A DNA stretch of 64,000 nucleotides from Myxococcota bacterium (GTDB lineage Bacteria; Myxococcota_A; UBA796; GCA-2862545). This document shows, in pieces, positions 18,984 to 29,335 of this stretch. Location: the NCBI GenBank assembly GCA_039208735.1, contig JBCCQY010000002.1, positions 64,001 to 128,000 on the forward strand, in the 5' to 3' direction. Position 1 is the stretch's first letter. Every line of letters starts with the position of its first letter. The position numbers and the translations under genes were made by a program. The notes below the pieces were generated by a model that worked only from the letters and a program-made list of their open reading frames with translations, was not told the DNA's origin and did no database searches.

Positions 18984-21900
18984 ATGACCCGTGTGCTCGT
19001 CTGGCTCGGACTGCTCGTCGCGTGCTCTGACCGCAGACCTGTTTCCACGACGTCCCCCCCTACGGTCGAGGCGGTGGCCCCTGAAACCGCCCCCAGGGAG
19101 AGCCCCCGCCTCCCCCTCGATTCAGATGCCGCCGCGTTCTTCGATGCGATTGAGCCGGCCTGGGAGCGCGGGGATCAGCGACGTGCGATGCTGCAAGTCG
19201 ACAAGCCGTTGTACCGACCCGGCGAGACGATCTGGTTTCGCCTGTTCGACCTGCGACATCGCACGCTCGATGGTGAGGGGGCCTACCCGGTCACCGCAGA
19301 ACTCATCGACCCCCGTGGGGCGACCGTGTTCTCGAAGCGGCTGCGCAACGACGGTGGGTCGGGCTTCAACGACTTCGAGTTGCCCCCCGGAGTTGCGGGC
19401 GGCCGCTACCTCGTTCGGGTAAGCCAGACCGCCCGCGGCAAGGTGGTCGAGCGACCGGTCATCGTGGCCAGCTTCGAAGCGCCACGGGTCAAGAAGACGC
19501 TCGACTTCGTCCGAAAAGCCTATGGCGAAGGCGACAAGGTTGCGGCCACCGTAAAGGTCGAACGCGCCACTGGCGCCGCACTCGCCAACCATGCCCTCAC
19601 TGCGGTGGTCGACCTCGACGGGCGCGAACTCACCCGTTTCGTGGTGACCACCAATGCGCAGGGCGAGGCTCGAACCACCTTCACCTTGCCCGAGGCGATC
19701 GACTTTGGAGATGGACTTCTCACCGTGCTCGTCGAGGATGGTGGGGTCACCGAGTCCATTTCACGCCCCATTCCCATCGTGCTTTCAAAGGTCGACCTGG
19801 CGCTGTTTCCCGAGGGAGGCGACCGGGTGGCCGGCCTCCCCGGTCGGATCTACCTTCGGGCCCTCACGCCACGGGGCAAACCCGCAGACATCGGAGGTCG
19901 GGTGCTCGACGCAGACGGCAGCGAAATCACCACCTTCCGCACGGTGCGTGACGGGCTCGGCCGCTTTAGCCTGCCGGCCGGCGTGGACGAAGGCACGGTG
20001 GTCATCGACGAGCCTGCGGGCATCACCACGACCCTGCCCCTGCCCGAACCGAAGCCCGATGGATGCGCGATGCACGTCTACGACGACGTGACCTCCATGT
20101 TCTCGGCAATTCGGGTCGGTCTACGGTGCACCGACCCTCTCGCCGCCACCGTGCATGCGATGGTGAGAAACCGCCCCCTCGATGCAGCCACGGTGCAGGT
20201 CGACCCCGGCAAGGAGACGGTGGTTTACCTGCAGCCCGACGACATGGGAGCACGCCAACAAGGCGTCGCCCGCGTCACCCTGTTCGTTGGTGATGTGCCC
20301 GTCGCCGAACGGCTCGTGTATCGAAACCTCGGCGTCGAGCTGAACGTTGCCGTGGAGGCGAAGCCCGGTTCAGCAACCCCGCGGGAGGACATCGCACTCA
20401 CCGTCAAGACCACCGACCCGCAAGGACAACCGATCGCGGCCTCGGTCGGTCTCGCAGTGGTCGACGACACCTTGCTCTCCTACGCCGATGACGAGTTTCC
20501 GCATCTGCTGGCGGCGACTTACCTCACCCCGGATTTGCCCTACGACCTCGAAGCCTACGAACTCAACAGGTACTTCGACCCCGAGACGCCGGACCGTGCG
20601 GTGGCGCTCGACCGCCTTCTCGGCACACACGGCTGGCGTCGGTTCGAATGGAAGAGGCTTACGCACACGCCCTCGTGGCTCGCGGCGCTCGAGACCGAAC
20701 ACGCCCTCGCCGACAACGTCGTCGACATCGCCGAAGTCGAAGCCGAGGAACAAGCCGCGCCGCGTCGCGAGCGTCGCAGGAAACGTCCCATGGCCCCTTT
20801 GCCCGTCGAGGCGCCACCGCCCGAGGCCGAGCCCGTGGGCGATGAATTGCCGATGAGGGACGCAAAGGCGCCCCAGGAGGAGGTAGCGGACGGCGACTTC
20901 GCCTTCGACAAGGCCCTCGAGATGGAGGACGAGGGCAAGCAAAAGATGGAATTCGGCGCGGGGCGTTTCGACGACCGGCTGCGAGCCGCCAACGTCATGA
21001 AATGGTCGGTGGCCCGCGTTTTCCCTGTGCCACCGCCACAGCCTGCCTACGACGGACCGCGGACCGACTTTCGACAAACCATCTTTTGGAAGCCGGATGT
21101 CCAGACCGACGACAATGGCCAGGCCACCGTGCACCTCACGACCTCCGATGCCATCACGAGCTTTCGGGTCGTGGCCGAAGGGGTCGGCGGTGGTGCAGTG
21201 GGGCGAACCGAGCACGTGTTCGAAAACGTCCGTCCCTTCTCGTTGAACATCAAGCTTCCGGTCGCCTTGACCCAGGGAGACCAGCTGCAACTGCCCGTCA
21301 CGCTCGCAAGCGAAGTGAATCGGCCCCTCACGGTCCAGCTGACCCCCACGTTTGGCCCCGGCCTCACCGTGGCGGATCCTTCTCCGCGCCCCGTCGCGCT
21401 CCCTGCGCGAGGTCGCGACACCGTGTGGTTCGACGTCAAGGTTGAAGGCCCGCCCGGGACCACGTCCATCGGCATGGCCGCAATCGGTGGAGGACAATCC
21501 GATGAGATGGTGCGGGACCTCGAAGTCCATTCGCGAGGGTTTCCGCAGACCTTCGAAGCCAGTACCTCGATCGACGACCGCGAAACCTGGACCATCGACC
21601 TGGCCAAGGCGCTGCCCAACAGTGTGACCGCCAGCGTTCGCCTCTATCCTGAGCCCGTCGCCACCCTCACGGAAGGCATGGAAGGGCTGTTGAGGGAACC
21701 CAACGGCTGCTTTGAGCAGACCAGCTCCAGCAATTACCCAAACCTGATGGTACTGCGATACCTCCAGCAGCATGATGTCGCCGACGCGAGCCTGCAAAAA
21801 CGGGCTTCGGAACTCCTCGAGCGCGGCTACGCAAAGCTGGTGGGCTACGAGACCGCCGAACGCGGCTACGAGTGGTTCGGCTCGACCCCCGCGCACGAAG

Positions 21901-23120
21901 CGCTCACGGCCTATGGCCTTGTTGAATTCGTCGACATGCAGGAGGTCTTTGGGGGCGTCGACAGGGCGATGATCGATCGGACACGGGACTACCTGCTGTC
22001 GCGCCGTGACGGGAAAGGTGGGTTTCTGCGAAGCAGTCAGGCCCTCGACTCCTTTGGCCGGGCCCCTGACGACGTGACCGATGCCTACATCCTGTGGTCC
22101 CTCACCCGTGCAGGCACCACCACCAACCTCAATCGGGAGCTGGAGCGCACCCGCGACCTGGCGCGTTCGACGACCGATCCCTACCTCCTCGCGTTGGCCA
22201 CGAACACGCTGTTGAACCTGGAGGACCCGAGCGATGGTCGGGCGGCCCTCAAGCGCTTGCTCGCCCTGCAAGCCGACGATGGGGGATTCCCGGGTGCGAA
22301 AACGTCGATCACGCGTTCGGGAGGCCGTGGCCTCGACATTGAAGCCACGGCCCTTGCGGTGCTCGCCATGATCAAGGGCGACGCTCCCCGGAACGCGCTG
22401 CGCAAGGCCGTGGCATTCCTCAACGAGGCCCGGGGCGGCTACGGCGCGTTTGGGTCCACCCAAGCCACCGTGTTGGCACTCGATGCTCTGACGGCCTACG
22501 CGAGCGCGAGTCGGGCCACCCGCGCCCCGAGTCGGACCACGGTGCGCCTCAACGACGAGGTGGTGGGCACCCACGACACGCCGGCGAACTTCCGAGGCGC
22601 CATCGAGTTCACCGACTTCGCCTCGGCGTTTGAATTGGGGTCGAACACCCTGGTCGTCGATCACGAAGGCGAATCCATGCCGCTGTCGGTGGTCGTGGAC
22701 TACCGCACCGTCGAACCTGCGTCGGCGGACGAAGGAACCGTCGACGTCACAACCCGGCTCGACAAAGCGCGGGTGGCCATGGGTGAAACCCTTCGACTCA
22801 CCGCACGAATCGAGAATCGAACCGCGGAAGGACAACCGATGGCACTCGCTCGAATCGGGCTGCCCGGGGGTCTGACCGCGGCCGGCTGGCAGCTCGAGGA
22901 CCTCCGCAAGCAAGGCACCGTCGACTTCTACGAGACCACGCCTCGCGAGGTGGTGCTCTACTTCCGCGATCTCGGGCCCCGAGAAGCCTTCGAGGTCGGC
23001 CTCGATCTCACCGCGGAGGTCCCCGGCACCTACGAGGGGCCCGCTTCGCAAGGCTACCTCTACTACACCAACGAACTGCGCCGATACGCCGCTGGTCTCG
23101 AGGTGACGATCACTCGGTGA
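18984..23120 (+). CDS. Alpha-2-macroglobulin family lipoprotein
   Basis: Lipobox LVAC, MG2 motif DKPLYRPGETIWFR, LFPEGG, thioester GCFEQ and C-terminal receptor-binding-like domain; AAGGAGG SD. Confidence 0.92.
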   Translation: MTRVLVWLGLLVACSDRRPVSTTSPPTVEAVAPETAPRESPRLPLDSDAAAFFDAIEPAWERGDQRRAMLQVDKPLYRPGETIWFRLFDLRHRTLDGEGAYPVTAELIDPRGATVFSKRLRNDGGSGFNDFELPPGVAGGRYLVRVSQTARGKVVERPVIVASFEAPRVKKTLDFVRKAYGEGDKVAATVKVERATGAALANHALTAVVDLDGRELTRFVVTTNAQGEARTTFTLPEAIDFGDGLLTVLVEDGGVTESISRPIPIVLSKVDLALFPEGGDRVAGLPGRIYLRALTPRGKPADIGGRVLDADGSEITTFRTVRDGLGRFSLPAGVDEGTVVIDEPAGITTTLPLPEPKPDGCAMHVYDDVTSMFSAIRVGLRCTDPLAATVHAMVRNRPLDAATVQVDPGKETVVYLQPDDMGARQQGVARVTLFVGDVPVAERLVYRNLGVELNVAVEAKPGSATPREDIALTVKTTDPQGQPIAASVGLAVVDDTLLSYADDEFPHLLAATYLTPDLPYDLEAYELNRYFDPETPDRAVALDRLLGTHGWRRFEWKRLTHTPSWLAALETEHALADNVVDIAEVEAEEQAAPRRERRRKRPMAPLPVEAPPPEAEPVGDELPMRDAKAPQEEVADGDFAFDKALEMEDEGKQKMEFGAGRFDDRLRAANVMKWSVARVFPVPPPQPAYDGPRTDFRQTIFWKPDVQTDDNGQATVHLTTSDAITSFRVVAEGVGGGAVGRTEHVFENVRPFSLNIKLPVALTQGDQLQLPVTLASEVNRPLTVQLTPTFGPGLTVADPSPRPVALPARGRDTVWFDVKVEGPPGTTSIGMAAIGGGQSDEMVRDLEVHSRGFPQTFEASTSIDDRETWTIDLAKALPNSVTASVRLYPEPVATLTEGMEGLLREPNGCFEQTSSSNYPNLMVLRYLQQHDVADASLQKRASELLERGYAKLVGYETAERGYEWFGSTPAHEALTAYGLVEFVDMQEVFGGVDRAMIDRTRDYLLSRRDGKGGFLRSSQALDSFGRAPDDVTDAYILWSLTRAGTTTNLNRELERTRDLARSTTDPYLLALATNTLLNLEDPSDGRAALKRLLALQADDGGFPGAKTSITRSGGRGLDIEATALAVLAMIKGDAPRNALRKAVAFLNEARGGYGAFGSTQATVLALDALTAYASASRATRAPSRTTVRLNDEVVGTHDTPANFRGAIEFTDFASAFELGSNTLVVDHEGESMPLSVVVDYRTVEPASADEGTVDVTTRLDKARVAMGETLRLTARIENRTAEGQPMALARIGLPGGLTAAGWQLEDLRKQGTVDFYETTPREVVLYFRDLGPREAFEVGLDLTAEVPGTYEGPASQGYLYYTNELRRYAAGLEVTITR

Positions 23121-23172
23121 CCGAACGGGTGCGGAGCGCGCTATCCCCTCTGCAACGTGCGAGGGGGATGGC

Positions 23173-24723
23173 ATGTCCGTCGATACCGTCGAGGCATTAA
23201 TCACAGAGCACGAGCTGCGGGTGGACTTCGGAGCCGACGTGCTCGCCGAGGCAGACGCTCACGAGGCCTCACCGGGCCTCGACGACCCGACCCTTGAAGA
23301 CCTCACGGGGTTGCCGTTCGCCACCATCGATGAGGTCACCTCCCGCGACCTCGATCAGGCCCTCTACGTCGAGGCTGACGCGGCGACGGGGGACTTCGTG
23401 GCCTGGTACGCCATCGCAGACGCCGCGCACTACGTGCCGGTGGGCTCGGCCACGTTCCGCGAAGCGCTGTTGCGTGGCGCCACGTACTACTTCCCTGGGC
23501 GCAACGTCCCCATGCTCCCTCGCACCCTGTCCGAAGGGATCGTGAGTTTGAACCCTGCGGTTCATCGGCGCGCCCTCGTGTGGCGAATGGCTGTGGCCAC
23601 CGATGGCCACTGCACCACCACGACGCTCCATCGAGCGCGGATTCGTTCGAGAGCAAAACTCGACTATGACGGAGTACAGGCTTGGTTTGACGGCCAACGG
23701 CCCGACCCCACGGACGACCCCGAGGTCCTTGCTTCGCTTCGGGCTCTCGCCCAGTTTGGCGAGTGCCGACTCGCGGTCGCGGAGACCCGGGGGGTCGTGC
23801 AAATCCGGCGACGGGAGGTCACGGTGGGCCTCGGCGACGCAGGCCTGCGCTTTGTGGCCCAGGGCGACGAGCGCAACGACGTCGAACGCTTCAACGAACA
23901 GCTGTCGCTGTTGTGCAACATCGAAGGCGCCCGGCGGCTCGAAGAGGCCGAGCAGCGACTGCCCGAACTGGTTCAACCCATCTTTCGGGTGCACCGTCCG
24001 CCCAACGAAGACCTTCTCGACCGCCTCGCGGCCCAGCTCAAAACCCTGTGCGCTCACCATGATCTTCCGGTGGCCCAGTGGGTGTGGTCGCCAGACGAGG
24101 GACCGAGCCTCGCCAAGTTCCTCGATCGGTTGCCCGTCGAGCAACGCGTGTCCCAGGTGGTGCATCGCCAGGTCGTGATGATGAACCGGGCCGCAACCTT
24201 CGAGACCGAACCGGGGCCTCATCATGGGGTGGGTGCGTCTCGCTACGGACGGTTCTCGGCGCCCATGCGCGAGGTCGTAGGGGTGTTCCTACATCAGGAA
24301 CTCGCCGAGGCTGCCCGGGCCAAGCGATCCCCGCTGCCTGCGAACTTCGCCACCCCTGAAGCACTGCAACAGGCGGTGATCGACGCGGCCACAACCTCGC
24401 GTCAGCGCCAACGGACGATCGACCGCCAGCTCAATCGAGCGGCCCTCGACCAGATTTTCACGGATGCCACAACCCCCTTGCCCGCGACCGTGATGGGCGT
24501 GTCCCGGGGCCGCGTGCACGTCCAACTCGACGAACCCCCGATCGACGCCAAGGTCTATTTCCGTCACCTTTCGGACCGCCACGGTCCCCTCACCGCCGAT
24601 GCCCTCGGCATGGCGGCACATCGCGCAGACGGCACTCCGCTCGTAGTGGCAGGGGACTCTGTGCAGGTCCGCGTTCTGGGCCGAGATGCGGAAACGGACC
24701 GATGGGCCCTGGACCTCGGGTAG
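23173..24723 (+). CDS. RNB-domain exoribonuclease (RNase II/R family)
   Basis: ATIDEVTSRDLDQAL, AIADAAHYV, PMLPRTLSEGIVSL, IFRVH and FSAPMRE motifs; C-terminal S1-like domain. Confidence 0.85.
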   Translation: MSVDTVEALITEHELRVDFGADVLAEADAHEASPGLDDPTLEDLTGLPFATIDEVTSRDLDQALYVEADAATGDFVAWYAIADAAHYVPVGSATFREALLRGATYYFPGRNVPMLPRTLSEGIVSLNPAVHRRALVWRMAVATDGHCTTTTLHRARIRSRAKLDYDGVQAWFDGQRPDPTDDPEVLASLRALAQFGECRLAVAETRGVVQIRRREVTVGLGDAGLRFVAQGDERNDVERFNEQLSLLCNIEGARRLEEAEQRLPELVQPIFRVHRPPNEDLLDRLAAQLKTLCAHHDLPVAQWVWSPDEGPSLAKFLDRLPVEQRVSQVVHRQVVMMNRAATFETEPGPHHGVGASRYGRFSAPMREVVGVFLHQELAEAARAKRSPLPANFATPEALQQAVIDAATTSRQRQRTIDRQLNRAALDQIFTDATTPLPATVMGVSRGRVHVQLDEPPIDAKVYFRHLSDRHGPLTADALGMAAHRADGTPLVVAGDSVQVRVLGRDAETDRWALDLG

Positions 24724-24775
24724 CAAGAACGCCCATCCAACGGCATAGTGAAGCGACGATTGGAAGGAGGACCTC

Positions 24776-26077
24776 GTGATCGGCTGGCAGTTGTTGGCAT
24801 TCGCGTGCTCGAAGCCCCCACCGGAGCCCGTCGACGCCTCGTCGATGGAAGCGGCTCTCAGTGATGAGTTTCTAGGTCCCGTGACCGTCACCTGGGACCA
24901 ACCTGAGGCCGCCGATGTCCAGATTCAATACCAGGTAAATGGGCGCTGGCTGTCCTCACCAGTGCGCAGCGTCAGGGCCGGTGAACAGTCCATGACCATC
25001 GTGGGCATTCCGCTCGGCGAAACCGCTTCGTGGCGAGTGTTCATCGACCATCCGCGCGAGCCCGTGCTCGTCGAAGCTCCCGAGCCCATCGTGAGCGCTC
25101 CGTTGCCCAAATCCTTCCCGCCGCTGAAAATCGACATCGAAGATGATCTGCGGCGCGACGACTACATCCTTACGAGCGTCAATGAGCGCAACTGTGGTTG
25201 GTGCAGCGGTCCGTACTGGACGTTCATCACGAACCGCGAAGGTCAGGTCGTCTGGGCCACGCGCACGGGAACCGGCGAATGGACTCTGTTCAGCCAGGTT
25301 TCGGTCCGTGGCGACCACATCATCTACGACGTCCTCTCCGAGCCGTCGTTCGCCGTGCGCACCTACCTCGATGAATCGATCGAGGAAATCGGCATGGCAG
25401 GCCACCACCACGGATTCATCGAGCTGCCCGATGGCACGTTGGCGTGGGGCGAGCACCAGTCCGGAGCGTTCACCGAGCAGATCGTCGAGCGGGCGCCCGG
25501 CTCGGATGAAACCCGCACCGTGTGGAGCTGCTCCGATTGGCCGCAGGTCCAAGGTTGTCGCAGCAATGCGCTGGAGTACGACGCGGAACGCGACGTTTAC
25601 TGGTTTTCGTTCTACACGCTGAATGCGGTGGCCGAAGTCGACCGCTCGACCGGCGACCTAGTGGGTTTCTCGGACCTTCGCCGCCCCGGCCCTCAGATCG
25701 CCAACGAATATGTGTTCTCGCCCGAGAACTCGATCTTCACGTGGCAACATGGCCCACGAGTGTTGCCTAACGGCAATATGCTCATCTCAACCGATGATAC
25801 GTCACGTACCACGACGAAAATCAGCGAATATGAACTCGACCGCGATTCGGGCGTGTTCACCGAAGTCTGGTCTTACGATCCCGGCGTCCTCGCGCGCTTT
25901 AACGGCGACGTGCTGCGGCTTGAAAACGGCAACTCGATGCATGGGCTCGGGGCGGCGGGTATCGCCTACGAGGTCAATGACGAAGGCCAGGAAGTCTGGC
26001 GGATGTCGTTCCCCGATGGGCATCAGGTCGGTCGTCTCGCGGTCATCGAGGACCTCTACACGCTCGTCGCACCGTAG
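24776..26077 (+). CDS. Arylsulfotransferase (ASST)-like beta-propeller lipoprotein
   Basis: Lipobox AFAC; HHH, SNAL, WQH and LPNGN motifs; GGAGG SD with GTG start. Confidence 0.6.
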   Translation: MIGWQLLAFACSKPPPEPVDASSMEAALSDEFLGPVTVTWDQPEAADVQIQYQVNGRWLSSPVRSVRAGEQSMTIVGIPLGETASWRVFIDHPREPVLVEAPEPIVSAPLPKSFPPLKIDIEDDLRRDDYILTSVNERNCGWCSGPYWTFITNREGQVVWATRTGTGEWTLFSQVSVRGDHIIYDVLSEPSFAVRTYLDESIEEIGMAGHHHGFIELPDGTLAWGEHQSGAFTEQIVERAPGSDETRTVWSCSDWPQVQGCRSNALEYDAERDVYWFSFYTLNAVAEVDRSTGDLVGFSDLRRPGPQIANEYVFSPENSIFTWQHGPRVLPNGNMLISTDDTSRTTTKISEYELDRDSGVFTEVWSYDPGVLARFNGDVLRLENGNSMHGLGAAGIAYEVNDEGQEVWRMSFPDGHQVGRLAVIEDLYTLVAP

Positions 26078-26080
26078 CGA

Positions 26081-27079
26081 TCAGGCCCCGTAGAGGGCGA
26101 ACGTCCCAAGCCAGTGGTCTCCTGCGTAGTGGCCGGAGAACAATGCCGACATCGCCGCTTCCCGGTGAGCCGCGGCGCTGGTCTGCCACTCCGAGGCCTG
26201 GGGATGGGCGGAGCGATGGGCGGCCAGCGCCCGGAGTTCCCAGGCTCGGGACAGGTCGAGCCCCACGAGGTGGGCCAACCAACCGTCGGTCGGATCAAGT
26301 TCGCGAATCGGCATGAGCGTGTGAGCGGCTGGAGGTCCATACCGCTCAAGCCACCCATCGAACGCCTCAGGCTCGAGCACCCGCCGCATCACACCGATGG
26401 CGGTCAGCCCAGCCGACAGGAAATCATAAGCCGAGGGCTCGTACGCCCAGGGGTAGTTCACGTCTTCCCCGAAGAATCGGATCGCGTGCTCGGTGATCAA
26501 GGGCCGGAGATCGGGTCGACCGCAGTCCGGAGCGGCATCCCAAAAGAGTTCAAGGGCGAAGCCAGAATTGCGGTGCGTGCCCGTGCGAATCGGGCCCAAT
26601 TGCCCCGCGAGCCGAGGTCCGATGCGGTCCGCCAGCAAATCGATGAGGGGACGCAGCGCCTCGCCCGCTCCAGTCAGCCCCGGATCCGAACTCTGGGACA
26701 GCTCGGCGGCCAACATGAACAGCCACGCCCATCCATACGGCCACTCGAACCCTTTGCGAGCGGGATGCTCAAAGTACGCCTGTTCCACCGCGACCCGTTC
26801 CGGGGTGAGCGACGTCACGAGGTGCATCCGAGCGTCGTGAGCCGTGCGCGCATCGAGCAGGCCCCGGTTGGTGAGGCGAGCCAGCGTCCAATGGGCGTGA
26901 ACCGCCGAATGCCAGTCGTAGCAACCGTGAAAAATGGGGTGCCAGACCTTGGGGGGAGCCCCATCATCGGGCCCCGTCCACACATGACCCGGCTGGTAGG
27001 GCCAGGCCCGGGTAATCCCATCGAGGGCGGTGACCGCAATGCGGCGTGCAAGGTCCAAAGGCATCGGAATCGCGGTCAT
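26081..27079 (-). CDS. DUF2891 family protein
   Basis: FHGCYDWHSAVHAHW, FEWPYGWAW, GTHRNSGF, HLVGLDLSRAW and YAGDHWL motifs. Confidence 0.85.
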   Translation of the reverse strand: MTAIPMPLDLARRIAVTALDGITRAWPYQPGHVWTGPDDGAPPKVWHPIFHGCYDWHSAVHAHWTLARLTNRGLLDARTAHDARMHLVTSLTPERVAVEQAYFEHPARKGFEWPYGWAWLFMLAAELSQSSDPGLTGAGEALRPLIDLLADRIGPRLAGQLGPIRTGTHRNSGFALELFWDAAPDCGRPDLRPLITEHAIRFFGEDVNYPWAYEPSAYDFLSAGLTAIGVMRRVLEPEAFDGWLERYGPPAAHTLMPIRELDPTDGWLAHLVGLDLSRAWELRALAAHRSAHPQASEWQTSAAAHREAAMSALFSGHYAGDHWLGTFALYGA

Positions 27080-27191
27080 ACAAATTCCTATCACGGCCCG
27101 TTTTCACAAACTTCGGTGCAACGGATTCGTAATTCGCGCGCCCAGCACCATACGTCCTGTTCGCTAGACACCGTCCCCCCGGGGGAGATCC

Positions 27192-28115
27192 ATGAACGCT
27201 CGGACCGAAATGCTCACGATCGAGCCGCGCGCGGCCCTGCCGTCGCCGCTCCACCTCCATCATGGTGGCCAAGTGGCCCGTGGGACGGTCCGCTACTGTT
27301 GTTCCGAGTCGGATGGCCCCCCGTTGGTGTTGCTCGGTGGCGTATCGGCGCATGCCGAGTGGACGTGGTGGCCGCGTATGGTCGGCTCGGGCTTGACCAT
27401 CGATCCCGACCACAACCAGCTCGTCGGCATCGAGTACCTCGATGAACCCACCGTCGATCCGCGCGACCAGGCCCACGCTGTGGTTGCCGTGCTCGATCAC
27501 CTCGGCCTGGACCGGGTGCGGGTGGTCGGCGCGTCCTACGGGGGCATGGTGGCCCTCGCCCTCGGCGAAGTCGCCCCCGAACGCGTCGAACGCATGATGG
27601 TCATCGCCGCTGCCCACCGCCCCCACGCCCTTGGCACCGCATGGCGAACGATTCAGCGGCGCATCCTCGACCTGGCCGTCCATGCGGGCGCAGAACACGA
27701 CGGTGTGGCCCTTGCGCGGGCGTTGGCCATGACCACGTTCCGCAGCCCTCAAGAGTTCGAGAATCGATTCGGCCAGCCCGGCATCGTCAACGCTGGCGAC
27801 GCCCAATTCCCCGTCGACAGCTACCTCAACCACAACGGCGAGCGGTACGCTCGACGGTTTTCCGCGGCCACCTATCGGGCTCTCATCACATCGGTCGATC
27901 TACATCAGGTTGACCCCAAAGCGGTCCCGGTGCCGGTCCACGTTGTGGGCTACACCAACGACGCGCTCGTCCCCCCGTCGATCGTCAAAGAACTGGCCGA
28001 AGGCTTGCCGGATTGCCGGTCGTTGCATCTGCTCGACAGCATTCACGGGCACGATGCCTTCCTCACGGACCCTGAGCCCTTGGCGCCATTGATCAGGGCT
28101 GCCTTGCTAAACTAA
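27192..28115 (+). CDS. metX: Homoserine O-acyltransferase-like alpha/beta hydrolase (MetX family)
   Basis: LGGVSA, nucleophile GASYGG, ARALAMTTFRS, SYLNHNG and HGHDAFL motifs. Confidence 0.75.
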   Translation: MNARTEMLTIEPRAALPSPLHLHHGGQVARGTVRYCCSESDGPPLVLLGGVSAHAEWTWWPRMVGSGLTIDPDHNQLVGIEYLDEPTVDPRDQAHAVVAVLDHLGLDRVRVVGASYGGMVALALGEVAPERVERMMVIAAAHRPHALGTAWRTIQRRILDLAVHAGAEHDGVALARALAMTTFRSPQEFENRFGQPGIVNAGDAQFPVDSYLNHNGERYARRFSAATYRALITSVDLHQVDPKAVPVPVHVVGYTNDALVPPSIVKELAEGLPDCRSLHLLDSIHGHDAFLTDPEPLAPLIRAALLN

Positions 28116-28423
28116 GGCAGCATGAACCTTCGGTTTTAGGGTTGTTGACCGGTCGGGCGCACGGGCTGTGCCGTTCGCCCCATCGTGGCCGGTCGGTTCG
28201 CCCGTTTTGTTCTCAGTTTCTTCACCACCCCATGGATTGGCATCTTGGCAATCTCTGGTCACCACATGGGAAGGCGGTCGGATGGAAAGTCGCCTTTCGG
28301 CCGGGATGGGCGAGACGTAGGCCACCAACGCGACAACAAAGATGGTCCGGTCTGCAATCCTGGCGAACCTCGAACCACAACCCCATCCAACTGCTGGGCA
28401 GCGTCGTGATACCAGGGCTCCCA

Positions 28424-29314
28424 ATGATTTGGGCTTTGTTGTTGGCTACGGCGTGTCGAGAATCTGTTGAAGCGAGCGAAACCGCGCCGACCAAACGCGA
28501 CGCACCCCGCATTGTCGCCCTCGGTGACCTCCACGCCGACTACGCTCAGGCCACAAAAGTGTTGGCCGGGGTGGGACTGATCGATGTCGAGGGCCACTGG
28601 GTGGGCGGCAAGGCCGTGCTCGTCCAGACCGGCGACGTCATGGATCGGGGGCCCGACAGCCACAAGCTCATTCGCTTCCTCGCCCGGCTCGCGACCGAAG
28701 CCGAGTCGGCGGGGGGACAGGTCGTTCCGCTGCTCGGAAATCACGAGGTGATGAACCTGCGCGGCGATTGGCGCTACGTCGACACCGCCGATGTGCAGCA
28801 GTACGGCGGCCGGGAGGCCCGTCGGCAGTCGTTGGCTCCCGACGGCGAGGACGGCAAGTACCTCCGGTCTCTGTCGGCAGTCGCGCACATCGATGGCACC
28901 GTGTTTGTGCACGGGGGCGTGCACCCCGACTTTGCGAACCGCCCCCTCGACGAAACCAACGCCGCGATTCGCGCGGCCATCGATGCCCCAGCCGCCCTTC
29001 CTGCGGCCGTTCTCGGCGAACAGGGCCCCTTATGGTACCGCGGCTATGTGCTCGATCCTGAGCCCCAGGCGTGCGCCCGACTCGCCGAGGCCCTCGACCA
29101 ACTCAAGGCCGAACGTATGGTGGTGGGCCACACGACCCAGCGGGACGGTGTGGTGCGGTCTCGCTGTGAGGGACGTCTGTTTGCGATCGACGTTGGCATC
29201 GCGGGGCCGTACGGCCACCACACCGGCGCACTCGAGATCGTGGGAGACGCCGTCACGGCGTTGTACCTCGATCCGGATGGGAGCATTCGTCGCCAGAGCC
29301 TCACCCCGCAGTAG
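28424..29314 (+). CDS. Metallophosphoesterase, Shewanella-like (Shelph) type; putative lipoprotein
   Basis: GDLH, GDVMDRG, GNHE, VHGG, GHT and IDVG motifs; LLATAC lipobox-like. Confidence 0.85.
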   Translation: MIWALLLATACRESVEASETAPTKRDAPRIVALGDLHADYAQATKVLAGVGLIDVEGHWVGGKAVLVQTGDVMDRGPDSHKLIRFLARLATEAESAGGQVVPLLGNHEVMNLRGDWRYVDTADVQQYGGREARRQSLAPDGEDGKYLRSLSAVAHIDGTVFVHGGVHPDFANRPLDETNAAIRAAIDAPAALPAAVLGEQGPLWYRGYVLDPEPQACARLAEALDQLKAERMVVGHTTQRDGVVRSRCEGRLFAIDVGIAGPYGHHTGALEIVGDAVTALYLDPDGSIRRQSLTPQ

Positions 29315-29335
29315 GATGGGCGCGGGAGGACGGAC

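Noticed and set aside
20370..23204. 944-aa minus-strand ORF and similar long antisense ORFs (e.g. 58014-59936, 60765-62894, 46734-47966)
   Set aside because: Shadow frames of well-supported genes in high-GC DNA, with no recognisable motifs.
27080..27191. SAM riboswitch upstream of the metX-like gene
   Set aside because: No SAM-I, SAM-II or SAM-IV core motifs could be recognised.
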